Of a stretch of DNA of 64,000 nucleotides, positions 41,600-51,722 are shown piece after piece; the stretch's first letter is position 1; every line of letters starts with the position of its first letter. This DNA is from Gammaproteobacteria bacterium. GTDB lineage: Bacteria; Pseudomonadota; Gammaproteobacteria; Ga0077536. The notes under the pieces were generated by a model. The model made no database searches, was not told the origin of the DNA, and saw nothing but the letters and a program-made list of their open reading frames with translations. Made by a program: the position numbers and the translations under genes. The stretch spans positions 1,120,001-1,184,000 of the forward strand of contig CAXXLL010000002.1 of NCBI GenBank assembly GCA_963662545.2. Direction: 5' to 3'.

Positions 41600-41676
41600 T
41601 TGTGCACTTTGCACGGTTTCAAACAGGCGAATGCCGGTTTGATTTCGTGCAATATGCACGCTACTTACTGTTAGGT
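41600..41676 (+). other. Candidate attI-like site at the head of the cassette array
   Basis: GTTAGGT at 41670-41676 is the exact complement of cassette 1 R'' (ACCTAAC); no attC hairpin upstream. Confidence 0.5.
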
Positions 41677-41710
41677 GTGCTGAGTTAAATCTCGAATCGG
41701 AGGTTCTATC

Positions 41711-42121
41711 ATGAGCCGCAACGGAAAATGTCAATGTGAAGCCTTAACAGTCACGTGCGAGGGCGAACCCCAAATCGTATTTGAGTGTCACTGCCACGCT
41801 TGTCAACGGCGAACCGGCTCAATTATGGCAGTCATTGGTTATTCTCCGAACGAAGGTGTAACTCGTCAAGGTAAATCCAGTGAATACATCCGAATCGGAG
41901 ATGGCGGAAGTAAGATTACGCACTATTTTTGTCCCAACTGTGGGACGACTGTGTACTACGAAGCACCCGAAGTGCTGCCAGGATTAACTGCTGTCGATGT
42001 GGGTTGTTTCAACGATTCGGAATTCCCATCACCAACCATGTCGGTATATGGAAAGCGCCGCTATCATTGGGTATCTCAAATTGAAGGTATACCTAATCTC
42101 GATGGTCCCCCAGATCTCTAA
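41711..42121 (+). CDS. GFA family protein (cassette 1)
   Basis: CQC, CHCHACQRRTGS, FCPNCGT. Confidence 0.92.
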   Translation: MSRNGKCQCEALTVTCEGEPQIVFECHCHACQRRTGSIMAVIGYSPNEGVTRQGKSSEYIRIGDGGSKITHYFCPNCGTTVYYEAPEVLPGLTAVDVGCFNDSEFPSPTMSVYGKRRYHWVSQIEGIPNLDGPPDL

Positions 42122-42149
42122 AACATTTCGGTGTGGTAGGAACCGCTCA

Positions 42150-43239
42150 CCCAGATGTCCAAGTGAAGTGCAACAGGGGTGATTAAACTGCTGCATAACA
42201 TTCCTCCGGTGTTTTGACGCCGAGAACCCTTCTCGGACGTGTATTGAGTTTCTTCGCTATCTTATCGCAGTCACGTTGTGTAACGTCTGCCATGGTTTTC
42301 CCTTTGGGCAGGTACTGTCGAATAAGGCCGTTGGTATTTTCATTGGTACCGCGTTCCCAGGAATGATACGGCGTGCAAAAATAGAAGCGAGCGTCGGTCG
42401 CGTTTTCTATCTTCTGGAACTGATGAAACTCAGTTCCATTATCGGCGGTTACGGTTCGCACCAAGCGCATTTCACGTTTGATAAGTTGGATCACTTTGCG
42501 GTTGAGTTCGGCGGTCGTGCGAGCCCGAAGTTTTCCGATTAAGGTATATCGTGTCTTACGTTCAACGAGGGTCACGATGCAGTGACCGTCGTGGCTACCG
42601 ATGACGGTGTCTATTTCCCAATGACCGATGCGGGAACGGTTTTCAGCGCCTGGTGGTCGTTCGGTGATATGGCGCTTTCCTCGCATAACACCGCGAGAAT
42701 CACCGCTGCCGTAGCGTTTCCGTCGTCGTTTTTCCGCCTGTCGCAGATGCTTATATAAGGTGCCGCCGAAGAAGTGGTCGTACCAGATATACCGGTATAG
42801 GGTCTGGTGACTGATTGAAAATATCCGATGACGCTTGAACCAATCCGAGACTTGCTGGGGGCTCCATTCCTCGCGCAGCAAGCGAATGGCGAGACTGAGT
42901 TGTTGGTCGGTGAAATACCATCGTCGGCGAGACTTCGTTCGCCTGCCTCGGGTCATCTCCTCAGCTTCGTCAGGACGATACCGACCGATGCGGCGATTAC
43001 GCTTTAGTTCGCGTCCGATCGTAGACCGATGTCGCCCGAGTTTTCGAGCGACCTCTGCGTTTTTACAGCCTTGCATTTTCAAGGTGTGAAGCATATACCT
43101 CTCTCCAGAGGTGAGCTGGTGATAACTCATCGTAAGTTTCCTATTCTGCCAAGAAGAGAGTGCTTACGAGTATCCCAGCTCGCTTCGTTTAACGCGATAT
43201 AGGGAAATTCTTGTGTTGCACTTACATTGTGAATCCGGG
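42150..43239 (-). mobile_element. IS30 family element (transposase 42183-43130)
   Basis: LGRHRSTIGREL, WEIDTV, TADNGTEF, WERGTNENTNGLIRQY; 25-bp imperfect IRs ending AAGTGCAAC. Confidence 0.94.
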
Positions 43240-43241
43240 CC

Positions 43242-43351
43242 ACCTAACAAATGGATCAACCTGACGTGTTATAGCGGGCTCTTTTGGAACGGCTTCGCAT
43301 TTTCGCTTCCAAGAAGCCCGCTATAACACGCAGGTTATCCTAGCGTTAGGC
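43242..43351 (+). other. Integron attC site 1
   Basis: ACCTAAC...GTTAGGC, 110-bp imperfect palindrome. Confidence 0.9.
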
Positions 43352-43419
43352 GGCTAGAGACCTTACAAGCATGCGCTAGTCCTTGAGTGAAACACATATT
43401 CCGACGAGGTGTAGAAATT

Positions 43420-43833
43420 GTGAGCGAAGCAGAGCAACTTGAAACCGCAGCACTTTATTTCGACCTCGCGTTAAGTTGTGTGATGCTGTATTTATCGCTA
43501 GTGTCGGGCTACTTGGGCGTAGCACATTTTGTCGGCGCACGACTCAGAAAAGGTCAAGTTATCTTCATCACGTCAATATTCGTGGCGTTCGCGTTGTTTG
43601 CAACATGGGGGTCGTCGGGATTCTTTCTAGTTGCTGAATATTTCTATAGGAACGCCGAGTCATACCAATACTTCCCAACGGACGAGTGGATCCCAGCATA
43701 TGTAATCGTGAGTGTCGTTGAGGCCTTGGGGATCTTGGTTAGTCTTATATTTATGCGGGATATTCGCCTTAAAGCGCCTCAAGCGGACATCAATTCAGAA
43801 AAAGGGAAAGAGAATCAACGCCAAGCCGCCTAA
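43420..43833 (+). CDS. Hypothetical membrane protein (cassette 2)
   Basis: Three TM segments; stop codon lies in the attC R'' box. Confidence 0.75.
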   Translation: MSEAEQLETAALYFDLALSCVMLYLSLVSGYLGVAHFVGARLRKGQVIFITSIFVAFALFATWGSSGFFLVAEYFYRNAESYQYFPTDEWIPAYVIVSVVEALGILVSLIFMRDIRLKAPQADINSEKGKENQRQAA

Positions 43834-43938
43834 CAACGGGATCAACGCGGACCCGTTACAGCACGCTTTTTCGAAGCGGCTTCGCATTTTCGCATCGAAA
43901 AAGCGCGCCATAACGCGCCGGTTATCCCAACGTTAGGC
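43828..43938 (+). other. Integron attC site 2
   Basis: GCCTAAC...GTTAGGC, 111 bp, homologous to site 1. Confidence 0.9.
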
Positions 43939-43955
43939 GTCTTGGAGTCGACTGA

Positions 43956-44489
43956 ATGGATTGGACTGCTATAGGTGTTCTCGCGGAAATCATAGCTGCA
44001 GTGGCAGTCGTCACCTCGGTTGTCTATCTCGCCGTCCAAATCCGCGCTTCGATGAAGCAGTCTCAAGCACAATCACACTCAACGATGGTTACGGACTTGG
44101 GACCATTTTTGCAGTGGCAAATTGAAAATCGGGAATTTGCCGAGGTATTTAGAAAAGGGCTCCTAGATTATTCCAGCTTGGATGCCACAGATCGCCTACG
44201 ATTAAGCCACGCGTTCTACCATCTCTTGATGGGCTTCAAAGACACGTTGGAAGCTTACGAGCGCGGCCTTCTTGGAGTTGAAGACTACAAAGCATGGGAA
44301 CGGTACGTAGCGGCGTACCTTAAAATGCCCGGAGGTGGCATTTGGTGGTCTGAAGCGCGGGAAAGTTGGGTGCCAAAAGTTCAACAGCGCATAGATGAAG
44401 CATTATCTAAGGCACGGCCTGTCAATGAGCTTATGCCCACAATCTGGGACGCAAAGAAAACCGAAGGCGACGCTCAAGTTAACAACTGA
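43956..44489 (+). CDS. Hypothetical N-terminal-TM helical protein (cassette 3)
   Basis: AEIIAAVAVVTSVVYLAVQIR; homolog of 46071-46559. Confidence 0.8.
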   Translation: MDWTAIGVLAEIIAAVAVVTSVVYLAVQIRASMKQSQAQSHSTMVTDLGPFLQWQIENREFAEVFRKGLLDYSSLDATDRLRLSHAFYHLLMGFKDTLEAYERGLLGVEDYKAWERYVAAYLKMPGGGIWWSEARESWVPKVQQRIDEALSKARPVNELMPTIWDAKKTEGDAQVNN

Positions 44490-44501
44490 AATACAACAGC
44501 C

Positions 44502-44600
44502 GCCTAACAAATGGATCAACCGGACACGTTACAGCGCGCTTCTAGTGGAGCAGCTTCGCATTTTCGGTTTCCAAGTGGACACGCCTGAACGCGCCGGTTA
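44502..44600 (+). other. attC site 3, truncated by an IS3 element
   Basis: GCCTAACAAATGGATCAAC...GCCGGTTA; terminal GTTAGGY missing. Confidence 0.8.
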
Positions 44601-45958
44601 ACTATTCAGGATGAACGTGATTCGCAAGATGTCAAAACCAGGCTTTCTTGCGAGAACGACGTATACGAAATACAGCGTCCGCGTTCGATTCGGAAAGCGA
44701 CAATTAAGCTTGGTCCGAAAAAGTGAACTGCTCACAATGGATGTAGCCATGCGAAGCCAGGATTGTCGACCTGGGCGTCGTCTTGTACATTCAGCGCCCT
44801 TCAGGTTGCTTCCCTCGTTGGCGCAAATGCAATGTGCGCGAGGCTGGGAATGTATCATGGCTAGGATGGAGTGGAAATCGATATCGAAGAAACAGTGCGG
44901 CATCGGAGCTGAAAGCGCTGCGTCACCGGATGAAGAAGGACTACGAGCGTCTAAAAGTGGAGCATGACCTTTTAAAAAGAAGCGATCGAGTTCACTTCCA
45001 AACGAAAAGCGGATGTCTTCGCGTTCATCGACTACCACGTCAAAGAAGGCTATCTCGGTGACGACGATCGGGTCGTGCGTTATACGACGTGCAGGGAGTT
45101 CCAGTGGTTATTACGCCTGGCGGAAACGCCCGCGCAGTCAGCGCTCGATTGAGGACGAGGCGCTGTTGGTTGAGATCCGCGAGGCGCATGCGCTGGGCCG
45201 GAAGACCTATGGGAGTCCGCGTGTACACGAGGTCTTGTTGCAGCGCGGGAGGAAGGTCGGGCGACGCCGGATCGAACGATTGATGCGGGAAAATGGCATT
45301 CGCGGGTGCTCAGCCGACCAGTACCGTCGCACGCCTGGCCTGGACCGCTTCTTTGGTGTGATCGGCAATCGTATACACAAGATGCCGGTGACGGCACCCG
45401 ACCAGGTGTGGGTCTCGGATGTGACCTATGTGAAGGTCAACGCTGAGTGGCGCTATCTGTCGGTGGTATTGGATCGGTACTCACGTCGTCCGGTATTGGC
45501 AGTAAGGTCATTGGGGCGTTTGAGAAGACGGCAGCATTGGACCGGTCGGGCGTTGCATGCCAAGCCCTTTGAAGCTGAGGCGGCCGACAATCCCACCCCG
45601 GGGACCGTATTTCACATCGGTGACCGCGGTTCAGAATATGTGGCTAGCGCTTCAGGCCTGGGTTTTGGGGCTGTTAAGCGCTGGGTAACCGGCACGAAGC
45701 GGGCACGGCGGCCGAGTATGAATCGCCGGCGTCGGATGACGGACAATGCCCTCATGGAGTCATGGAATAAGACGATGAAGTCCGACATGTACCACCGACG
45801 CCTGTTCAGCAGTGACAAACAGCTGCGCGATTCACTGCGTTCCTACATCGACTTCTATAATCGGGTGAGACTACACTCGTCTTTAGGATATCAATCACCG
45901 ATAGCGTTTGAGCAAGCATGCAGCTAACTTATGGGTGTCCACTTTTTCGTAGGAACTT
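44601..45958 (+). mobile_element. Degenerate IS3 family element
   Basis: SSSGYYAWRKR, TYGSPRV, WVSDVTY, FYNRVRLHSSLGYQSP; orfA frameshifted; left boundary approximate. Confidence 0.85.
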
Positions 45959-46061
45959 AGCAAGGCCAGCGGACATTTCACAGCGGGCTTTTCTGGGCCG
46001 GCGTTGCATTTTCGTCCCAGAAAAGCCCGCTGCGAAATGCCGCTGAACTTGGTCGTTAGGC
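45958..46061 (+). other. attC site 4 (left end damaged)
   Basis: Closely similar to site 5, ends GTTAGGC; R'' overlaps the IS3 end. Confidence 0.8.
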
Positions 46062-46070
46062 GTCAAGAGA

Positions 46071-46559
46071 ATGAAGCTCGACAAAGCGACGCTCGAAATC
46101 TGGGGGGTAGTTGCCGAAATAGTTGCAGCTCTGGGAGTCATCGTATCCGTTGTATACCTCGCGATACAGATTGGTGAAGGAACCACCGCCCTACAAATGC
46201 AAATGCATCACTATCAACTTGAGAACGTAAACGCTCCAATCGAACATGCCATAGCCGACGAGGGGCTCGCCGAGATAATTACGGTAGGAGTCGAGGATCC
46301 AGACGCTCTATCAAAACCGGACTGGTATCGCTTCTGTTTATTTCAGCTACTCGCGTTCAATAGCTGGGAATACGGTTACCATCTCCATTCAAAAGGGGTG
46401 ACTCCGGAGGAAATTTGGGAGGGTGTCGACGCAGCGTATAAGAACCTAATTCGAACTCAGCCCGGTCTCGCGCGATTTTGGAAGGAATGGAATCACGCGT
46501 ACGGGGGAGCGTTTCATGAGTACGTGGACGCTGAGTTCGCTAAACAAGGAGGTGATTGA
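46071..46559 (+). CDS. Hypothetical N-terminal-TM helical protein (cassette 4)
   Basis: AEIVAALGVIVSVVYLAIQI; starts 10 bp after attC. Confidence 0.8.
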   Translation: MKLDKATLEIWGVVAEIVAALGVIVSVVYLAIQIGEGTTALQMQMHHYQLENVNAPIEHAIADEGLAEIITVGVEDPDALSKPDWYRFCLFQLLAFNSWEYGYHLHSKGVTPEEIWEGVDAAYKNLIRTQPGLARFWKEWNHAYGGAFHEYVDAEFAKQGGD

Positions 46560-46647
46560 TGAAAGTGCCGCTTAGGTTACCAAACGAAGTGCAACTGAAC
46601 ACTCTGGAAAATGCAAAAGAAATATGGCCGAAACTTCGTTAAACGCC

Positions 46648-47969
46648 TGAGCGGACCGGGAGAAAGGTAACAAAAGTGCCAAGGTAGATGGGTAACACTT
46701 TTGTTATCGATAATGTCGTTTTAGTCGGCCGTAAGCATCTTCGATCCGATTGTATTTTTCAATCATTCGGCCGAGCTTAAGCGTTCCGAAATAGACGTTC
46801 CAAACACCACAGTCGATTTCCTCTAATCCTATGTACTCACCGGCACACGCGATTGAGACAGGCACATGGGTGGAATGCCATCGGATGCCACCGTTGGCAC
46901 TGACGAAGCGCTTGATGAAACGGTCAGGATATTCGAGCGGCGGGATTTTGCTAGGCATTTCTTTGGCAGAAAATTCGTAGAAGTCGGCAGGTGTGAACAT
47001 GTCGAGCGCTTCATGAGGGCGTTCTTCATTGAATTCAATCTGGAACCGATTAAATCGTTTCTGTTGCGCGCGATAGTCCCCGGCCGGAGGTCGAGTCGTC
47101 TCCGCCTTTAAGGTTCGGTGCATCCGTTCGTGTCGGCCATTTTGTTGAGGCTTTCCGGGTTCGATGAGCTCGGGATAAATACCAAGCCTGATCCACCAGG
47201 CAGACAGCGTTGATAATCGACCGAGCGTGTTCGTCGCGAAGGGGACGCCGTTGTCGGTACGGATGCGTTCTGGCAGTCCGTATTCTTTGAATAAGCGGGT
47301 GAACACCGCCTTCGATGGTTCAACGGCGGTCGTGAGTAATGACTGGCATCCGATGAGGTATCGACTAAAGCCATCGGTGACGGTCAACGGGTAACAATAC
47401 CGCCCGTCTTCGGTCTTGAAATGCCCTTTGAAGTCGGCGCCCCAGGTTTGGTTGGGTGCATTCATTCGGGTTTCAGGTTTTCCCGGATGCCCGAGTTTGC
47501 GTGAGCGCCGCGGTGTCCGGATGAATCCTTCACGGATTAGGATGTCATGAATGGTTGTCCGTGTTGGCCACGGCTCTCGCGGGTGCTTCCGCGATAGAAA
47601 CGTCCGCAATTTACGAGCGCCCCAAGTCGGATGACGTTGTCGCGCATCGATGATCAGGCGCTCGAGCCGCGCCGGCGTTTTATGCGGGCAAGTTCTAGGC
47701 CGCCGTGTGCGTTCCTCTAAACCCGCCGGACCTTCGCTTAGATACCGATCAATCCATTTGTAGCCAGTCTTGCGACTGATGCCGTAATGTTCGCACAGCT
47801 CGGTAACTGTCAACAGGTCGCGCAGATAGTCTGCGATGAATTGCGTTTTTTCGTTCATTGGTGACGTTTCTCTCCAGGGCATCGGACTCCTCCTTTGAGG
47901 AACCTAATACCATTGATCTGTCACCCATGTACCTTGACTATAATGTTACCTATGTACCCGGTCCGTACC
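46648..47969 (-). mobile_element. IS481 family element (transposase 46704-47882)
   Basis: MPWRET, GISRKTGYKW, WGADFKG, IRTDNG, PQQNGRHERMHRTLK; long IRs containing CGGACCGGG..GGTAACA. Confidence 0.92.
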
Positions 47970-47977
47970 GAGCCGCC

Positions 47978-48088
47978 GCCTAACAAGGCGCTGAACCGGA
48001 CGTTTCACAGCGGGCTTTCTTGGGCCGGCTGCGCATTTTCGTCCCAAGAAAGCCCGCTGCGAAACGCCGGTTAGCTTGGTCGTTAGGT
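47978..48088 (+). other. Integron attC site 5
   Basis: GCCTAAC...GTTAGGT, 111-bp imperfect palindrome. Confidence 0.9.
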
Positions 48089-48131
48089 CGAGAGACAATT
48101 TGTTGCCGGTCTTAAGAAAGGAAAACAAACC

Positions 48132-48623
48132 ATGAAAGAAGGACACTACGTGCTGAAGCCCGAGCAGCGCCCCGCTCCGCTTGACGTTGTTGGAACGAAA
48201 GTAACTATTTTGGCGTCCTCTTCTGAAACAGGGACCTACGGAATAACATTTCAGAAGGGCGAAGAAGGCTCGGGCCCACCGCCGCACTGCCACGATTGGG
48301 ATGAGGCTTTCTATGTCATTTCCGGAGAAGTTAATTTCGAATGTGCCGGTGAATAACATTTCAGAAGGGCGAAGAAGGCTCGGGCCCACCGCCGCACTGC
48401 CACGCATCATCGATGCGTAGCAGGAACGATGGTACATATTCCACGAAATACTGTGCACGGGTTCAATTACGGGGAAGGCGGTGGGACGATGATGGAAGTC
48501 ACAAGCCGGGACAGTACAGCGGCAGAAATGTTCACCGCTTTTGACGCAGAAATCGATGCCGAAACGGACATAGCGACTACTCTGGCTCTTCTGAAAAAGA
48601 ATGGCGTTACTGTCGTTACTTAG
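48132..48623 (+). pseudogene. Cupin (cassette 5) interrupted by a duplicated segment
   Basis: GPPPHCHDWDEAFYV and VHIPRNTVHGF share a frame; a copy of 48241-48294 at 48351-48404 introduces TAA. Confidence 0.8.
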
Positions 48624-48663
48624 CAAACTCAAGCAATTTGCAGCAGAAACCAAGCGGGTTCGA

Positions 48664-48842
48664 CTTAGATTTCCAAGTGAAGTGCAACAAACATAATGCT
48701 GGAGTCACGCGCAAATTGCGAGAATAAATCACGACGCGTATCGCGCAGCCTATTGTTCTACCTGCAGATTTTTCGTGATCCTCTTGCAAGCTATTGAGGA
48801 GCATGAAAAACCTGCGTGTTGCACTTACTTTGTGAATCCGGG
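48664..48842. mobile_element. 179-bp non-autonomous IS30-derived element
   Basis: Ends CTTAGATTTCCAAGTGAAGTGCAAC / GTTGCACTTACTTTGTGAATCCGGG nearly match the IS30 at 42150-43239. Confidence 0.82.
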
Positions 48843-49512
48843 AAGCTTAACAAACCAACGAACCCGACACTTGACCGCGCCCTTCCTTGATGGTCCCAGT
48901 TTCGCGAGATATCGTGAAATGGTCGTTAATATGTGTTTCGTCCACTCGAAGCTTCGGGCTACTAAGTGACTCGTCCACGTCTTCTGCTTTAACCCTCATG
49001 CCGTCCGTAACAGTGCAACGGTACTCGAACTCACCGCTCCTGCTGACGCAAGGAGTCGCTAAGGAAGCAAAGAGACAAATATTGCAAACCGTTCGCAGCA
49101 AAAACTTCTTCACCGGGCACCCCCTCGCTTACTCTTAGCAAAAGCATATACACAGCTAGGGTAAAAAAAGGGGGCAGCCTTGCTGGTTTGGCGGTAACAG
49201 GGAAAACGTCTGGCAGTATTTATTCGCCATCTCAATACGTTACCGACTGAATTAAAGAGCTACCGGGCCCACCATCTAAATCGCAGAGTTAACAGCTTTT
49301 TCGGGAAGGCCATCTTCCGTTGGGGAAGTTGTACATCGTTCTACACCATGGCAGATCTTTGCGTGTCCGGAGAATGTAGCGTGGTGCGAAGTACTGAAAG
49401 GTGAAGCCTGACTTTGATTTCTCTGTTCTCTAAAGATAAGCACGATAGCGGACATTGAAGATGACGTTTCTCGTGGATGGCAGAGAAACTGCTCATTGAA
49501 CTCAAGTACAGA

Positions 49513-49893
49513 TTATTTCACCGCAGAGCGATTCAACACGCCTTTGTCGTATCCTACTTTTTGCTCGTCGGTAAGAATCGCCCGCATCTCGATCAGGTGA
49601 TCATATCGAAGACGCATGATCTGCGTTTTCGCCTCCATCAATTCATCGATCTTGGCGTTCACGTCTTCAATCCTGACACCCTCGCGAATGGTCATCGCAT
49701 TGAGTTCTTTCAGTGCCTGCGCCTCTTTGGCTTTAAAAGGCGCCTGATCATCATGCAGTTTGTGATGCATGCGATCGATTGCTTCCTTCTGAGATGCGGC
49801 TGGATCGGGTATCTGGGCTGCATTGAGGCCCATGCTGAACAGCGTCATCAGGGATATCAACATTGATGCTCGTTTAATGTATGGCGTGTTCAT
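49513..49893 (-). CDS. Spy/CpxP-like periplasmic protein
   Basis: Signal peptide, helical, ILTDEQ (LTxxQ) motif. Confidence 0.78.
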   Translation of the reverse strand: MNTPYIKRASMLISLMTLFSMGLNAAQIPDPAASQKEAIDRMHHKLHDDQAPFKAKEAQALKELNAMTIREGVRIEDVNAKIDELMEAKTQIMRLRYDHLIEMRAILTDEQKVGYDKGVLNRSAVK

Positions 49894-50359
49894 GATTTTT
49901 CCTCGTGAAATCCTGGAAACGCTAAGCCGACAGAAACTACAAATGTACACTACGCCGTCGTGCAGTATTCGGGATCCGCGTAAAAACCCAAAGCTATCTC
50001 AATGAAAAGCAAAGCGTCAATGTTCATAATGGGCCGAGACTGCATGATAACTCGGTGCTGCGGGGAGGGTTGACCTGAAGGGATAAACACGCCGAGCGAT
50101 TTTTCCAGATAAATTCGCGGCTCCCTCATTTCCAGCATGCGGAGCGTCGTGTGCCATGCAAAAAGCGTTTAACGTTAAATGAGTATCGGATTTTTTCAAC
50201 AAAACAGACAATAAGCAGACGTCATTCGAAGCGCCAACCCCTTGCCGTCCGGCTTCAGTGCGTGCAGCATCGAGCTTAACGGTAAGCTATTACCTTCGAC
50301 CATCCGTAACGACGGATTCGAAATTTCGAATTAAACCTGTCAGTTGGAGAGATATTGAC

Positions 50360-51568
50360 ATGAGAGAAGCGAGGCTGCGATTCGGTATTTTCATTCCACC
50401 TCACACCCCACCCGAGGAACATCCCGCGCTCGCGCTCGAAGAAGACATGGATCGGGTGATCTGGGCGGACAAGCTCGGTTATGAGGAGGCCTGGATCGGT
50501 GAGCATCATTCGACCGGGTGGGAAATCACGAGCAGTCCGGAACTGTTTATTGCCGCGGTTTCTCAGCGAACACAGAACATACGGCTGGGAACCGGAGTTT
50601 CTTCGCTTCCATATCACAATATTTTCACCCTTGCAGATCGCATACGTCAGATCGATTACCACACGAAAGGTCGCGCCATGTTCGGTGTCGGACCAGGTTC
50701 GCTGCCGTCTGACTCTTACATGCAGGGCCTCGATACCTCCAAGGCGCGAGACCAGATGGACGAAGCGATCGGACCCCTGGTTCGCCTTCTCAATGGCGAA
50801 AAGGTGACGGCGAAGAGTGATTGGTTCGATTTACGCGACGCACAGCTGCAGTTTGTTTCCTACAACGATCGAGGGGTCGAGATTGCCGTGGCAAGCCAGG
50901 TCTCTCCCACTGGGGCAACGGCGGCAGGCAAGCACGGGCTCAGCCTGTTATCGATCGGCGCGACCTCGACCGGAGGCTTCAACGCGCTCGGTTCGAACTG
51001 GGCAATCGCCGAAGAGACCGCAAAGGAGCACGGCCACACCATGGACCGCAGCGGCTGGCGGTTGGTCGGACCGGTGCATATCGCCGAGACACGTGAAAAA
51101 GCCTACGAGAATGTGAAATATGGACTCGAGCGCTGGATTGATTACATGACCAAGGTGGCGGCGCTGCCCCTTGCCCCCCCGCCCGGCGCCGATCCTGTCG
51201 ACCATATGATCTCGACCGGTTTCGCCGTGATCGGTACACCGGACGACTTCGTGGCTCAGATGGAAAGGTTGCAGGAACAGTCCGGCGGCTTCGGATGTTT
51301 CCTCAACCTGGATCACCATTGGGCAGACTGGGCTGAAACGAAGCGTTCATATGAATTGATAGCGCGTTATGCCATACCAAAAATCAACAGGCTCAACCGT
51401 AACCGCCTCGCCTCGGAAAAATGGCTGCGCGATAACAATGATGAATTCAAGGGTGCGTTGACTTCGGCCGTACACGCGAAGATGGAAGAACATGCGAAGC
51501 TCAAGGGCCATGATAATCTCTCACCGGAAATGGTCGAGTATTTCAGGAAGGCAGAGAAAACGACGTGA
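50360..51568 (+). CDS. LLM-class flavin monooxygenase (limonene 1,2-monooxygenase-like)
   Basis: AWIGEHHS, IRLGTGVSSLPYH, FGVGPGSLPSD. Confidence 0.9.
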   Translation: MREARLRFGIFIPPHTPPEEHPALALEEDMDRVIWADKLGYEEAWIGEHHSTGWEITSSPELFIAAVSQRTQNIRLGTGVSSLPYHNIFTLADRIRQIDYHTKGRAMFGVGPGSLPSDSYMQGLDTSKARDQMDEAIGPLVRLLNGEKVTAKSDWFDLRDAQLQFVSYNDRGVEIAVASQVSPTGATAAGKHGLSLLSIGATSTGGFNALGSNWAIAEETAKEHGHTMDRSGWRLVGPVHIAETREKAYENVKYGLERWIDYMTKVAALPLAPPPGADPVDHMISTGFAVIGTPDDFVAQMERLQEQSGGFGCFLNLDHHWADWAETKRSYELIARYAIPKINRLNRNRLASEKWLRDNNDEFKGALTSAVHAKMEEHAKLKGHDNLSPEMVEYFRKAEKTT

Positions 51569-51722
51569 GCACGATCTGCTTCAGTGAAGCAACAGGGTCA
51601 GCGTCGATTGAATCATCGAAAACAGGGTGTCAAGTTCATTTAATACTGCGACCCAGTCAATAACGCGGACACCTCTTCCGGGCATGTTTTGAGTCGAGAC
51701 CAGATGTTAGCGCGGCGGACAT

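Noticed and set aside
43242-48088. Repeats as a CRISPR array
   Set aside because: About 110 bp long, separated by whole genes, no cas genes; they fit attC
48847-49113. Minus-strand 88-aa ORF as a sixth cassette
   Set aside because: Opposite orientation, no complete attC, probably truncated
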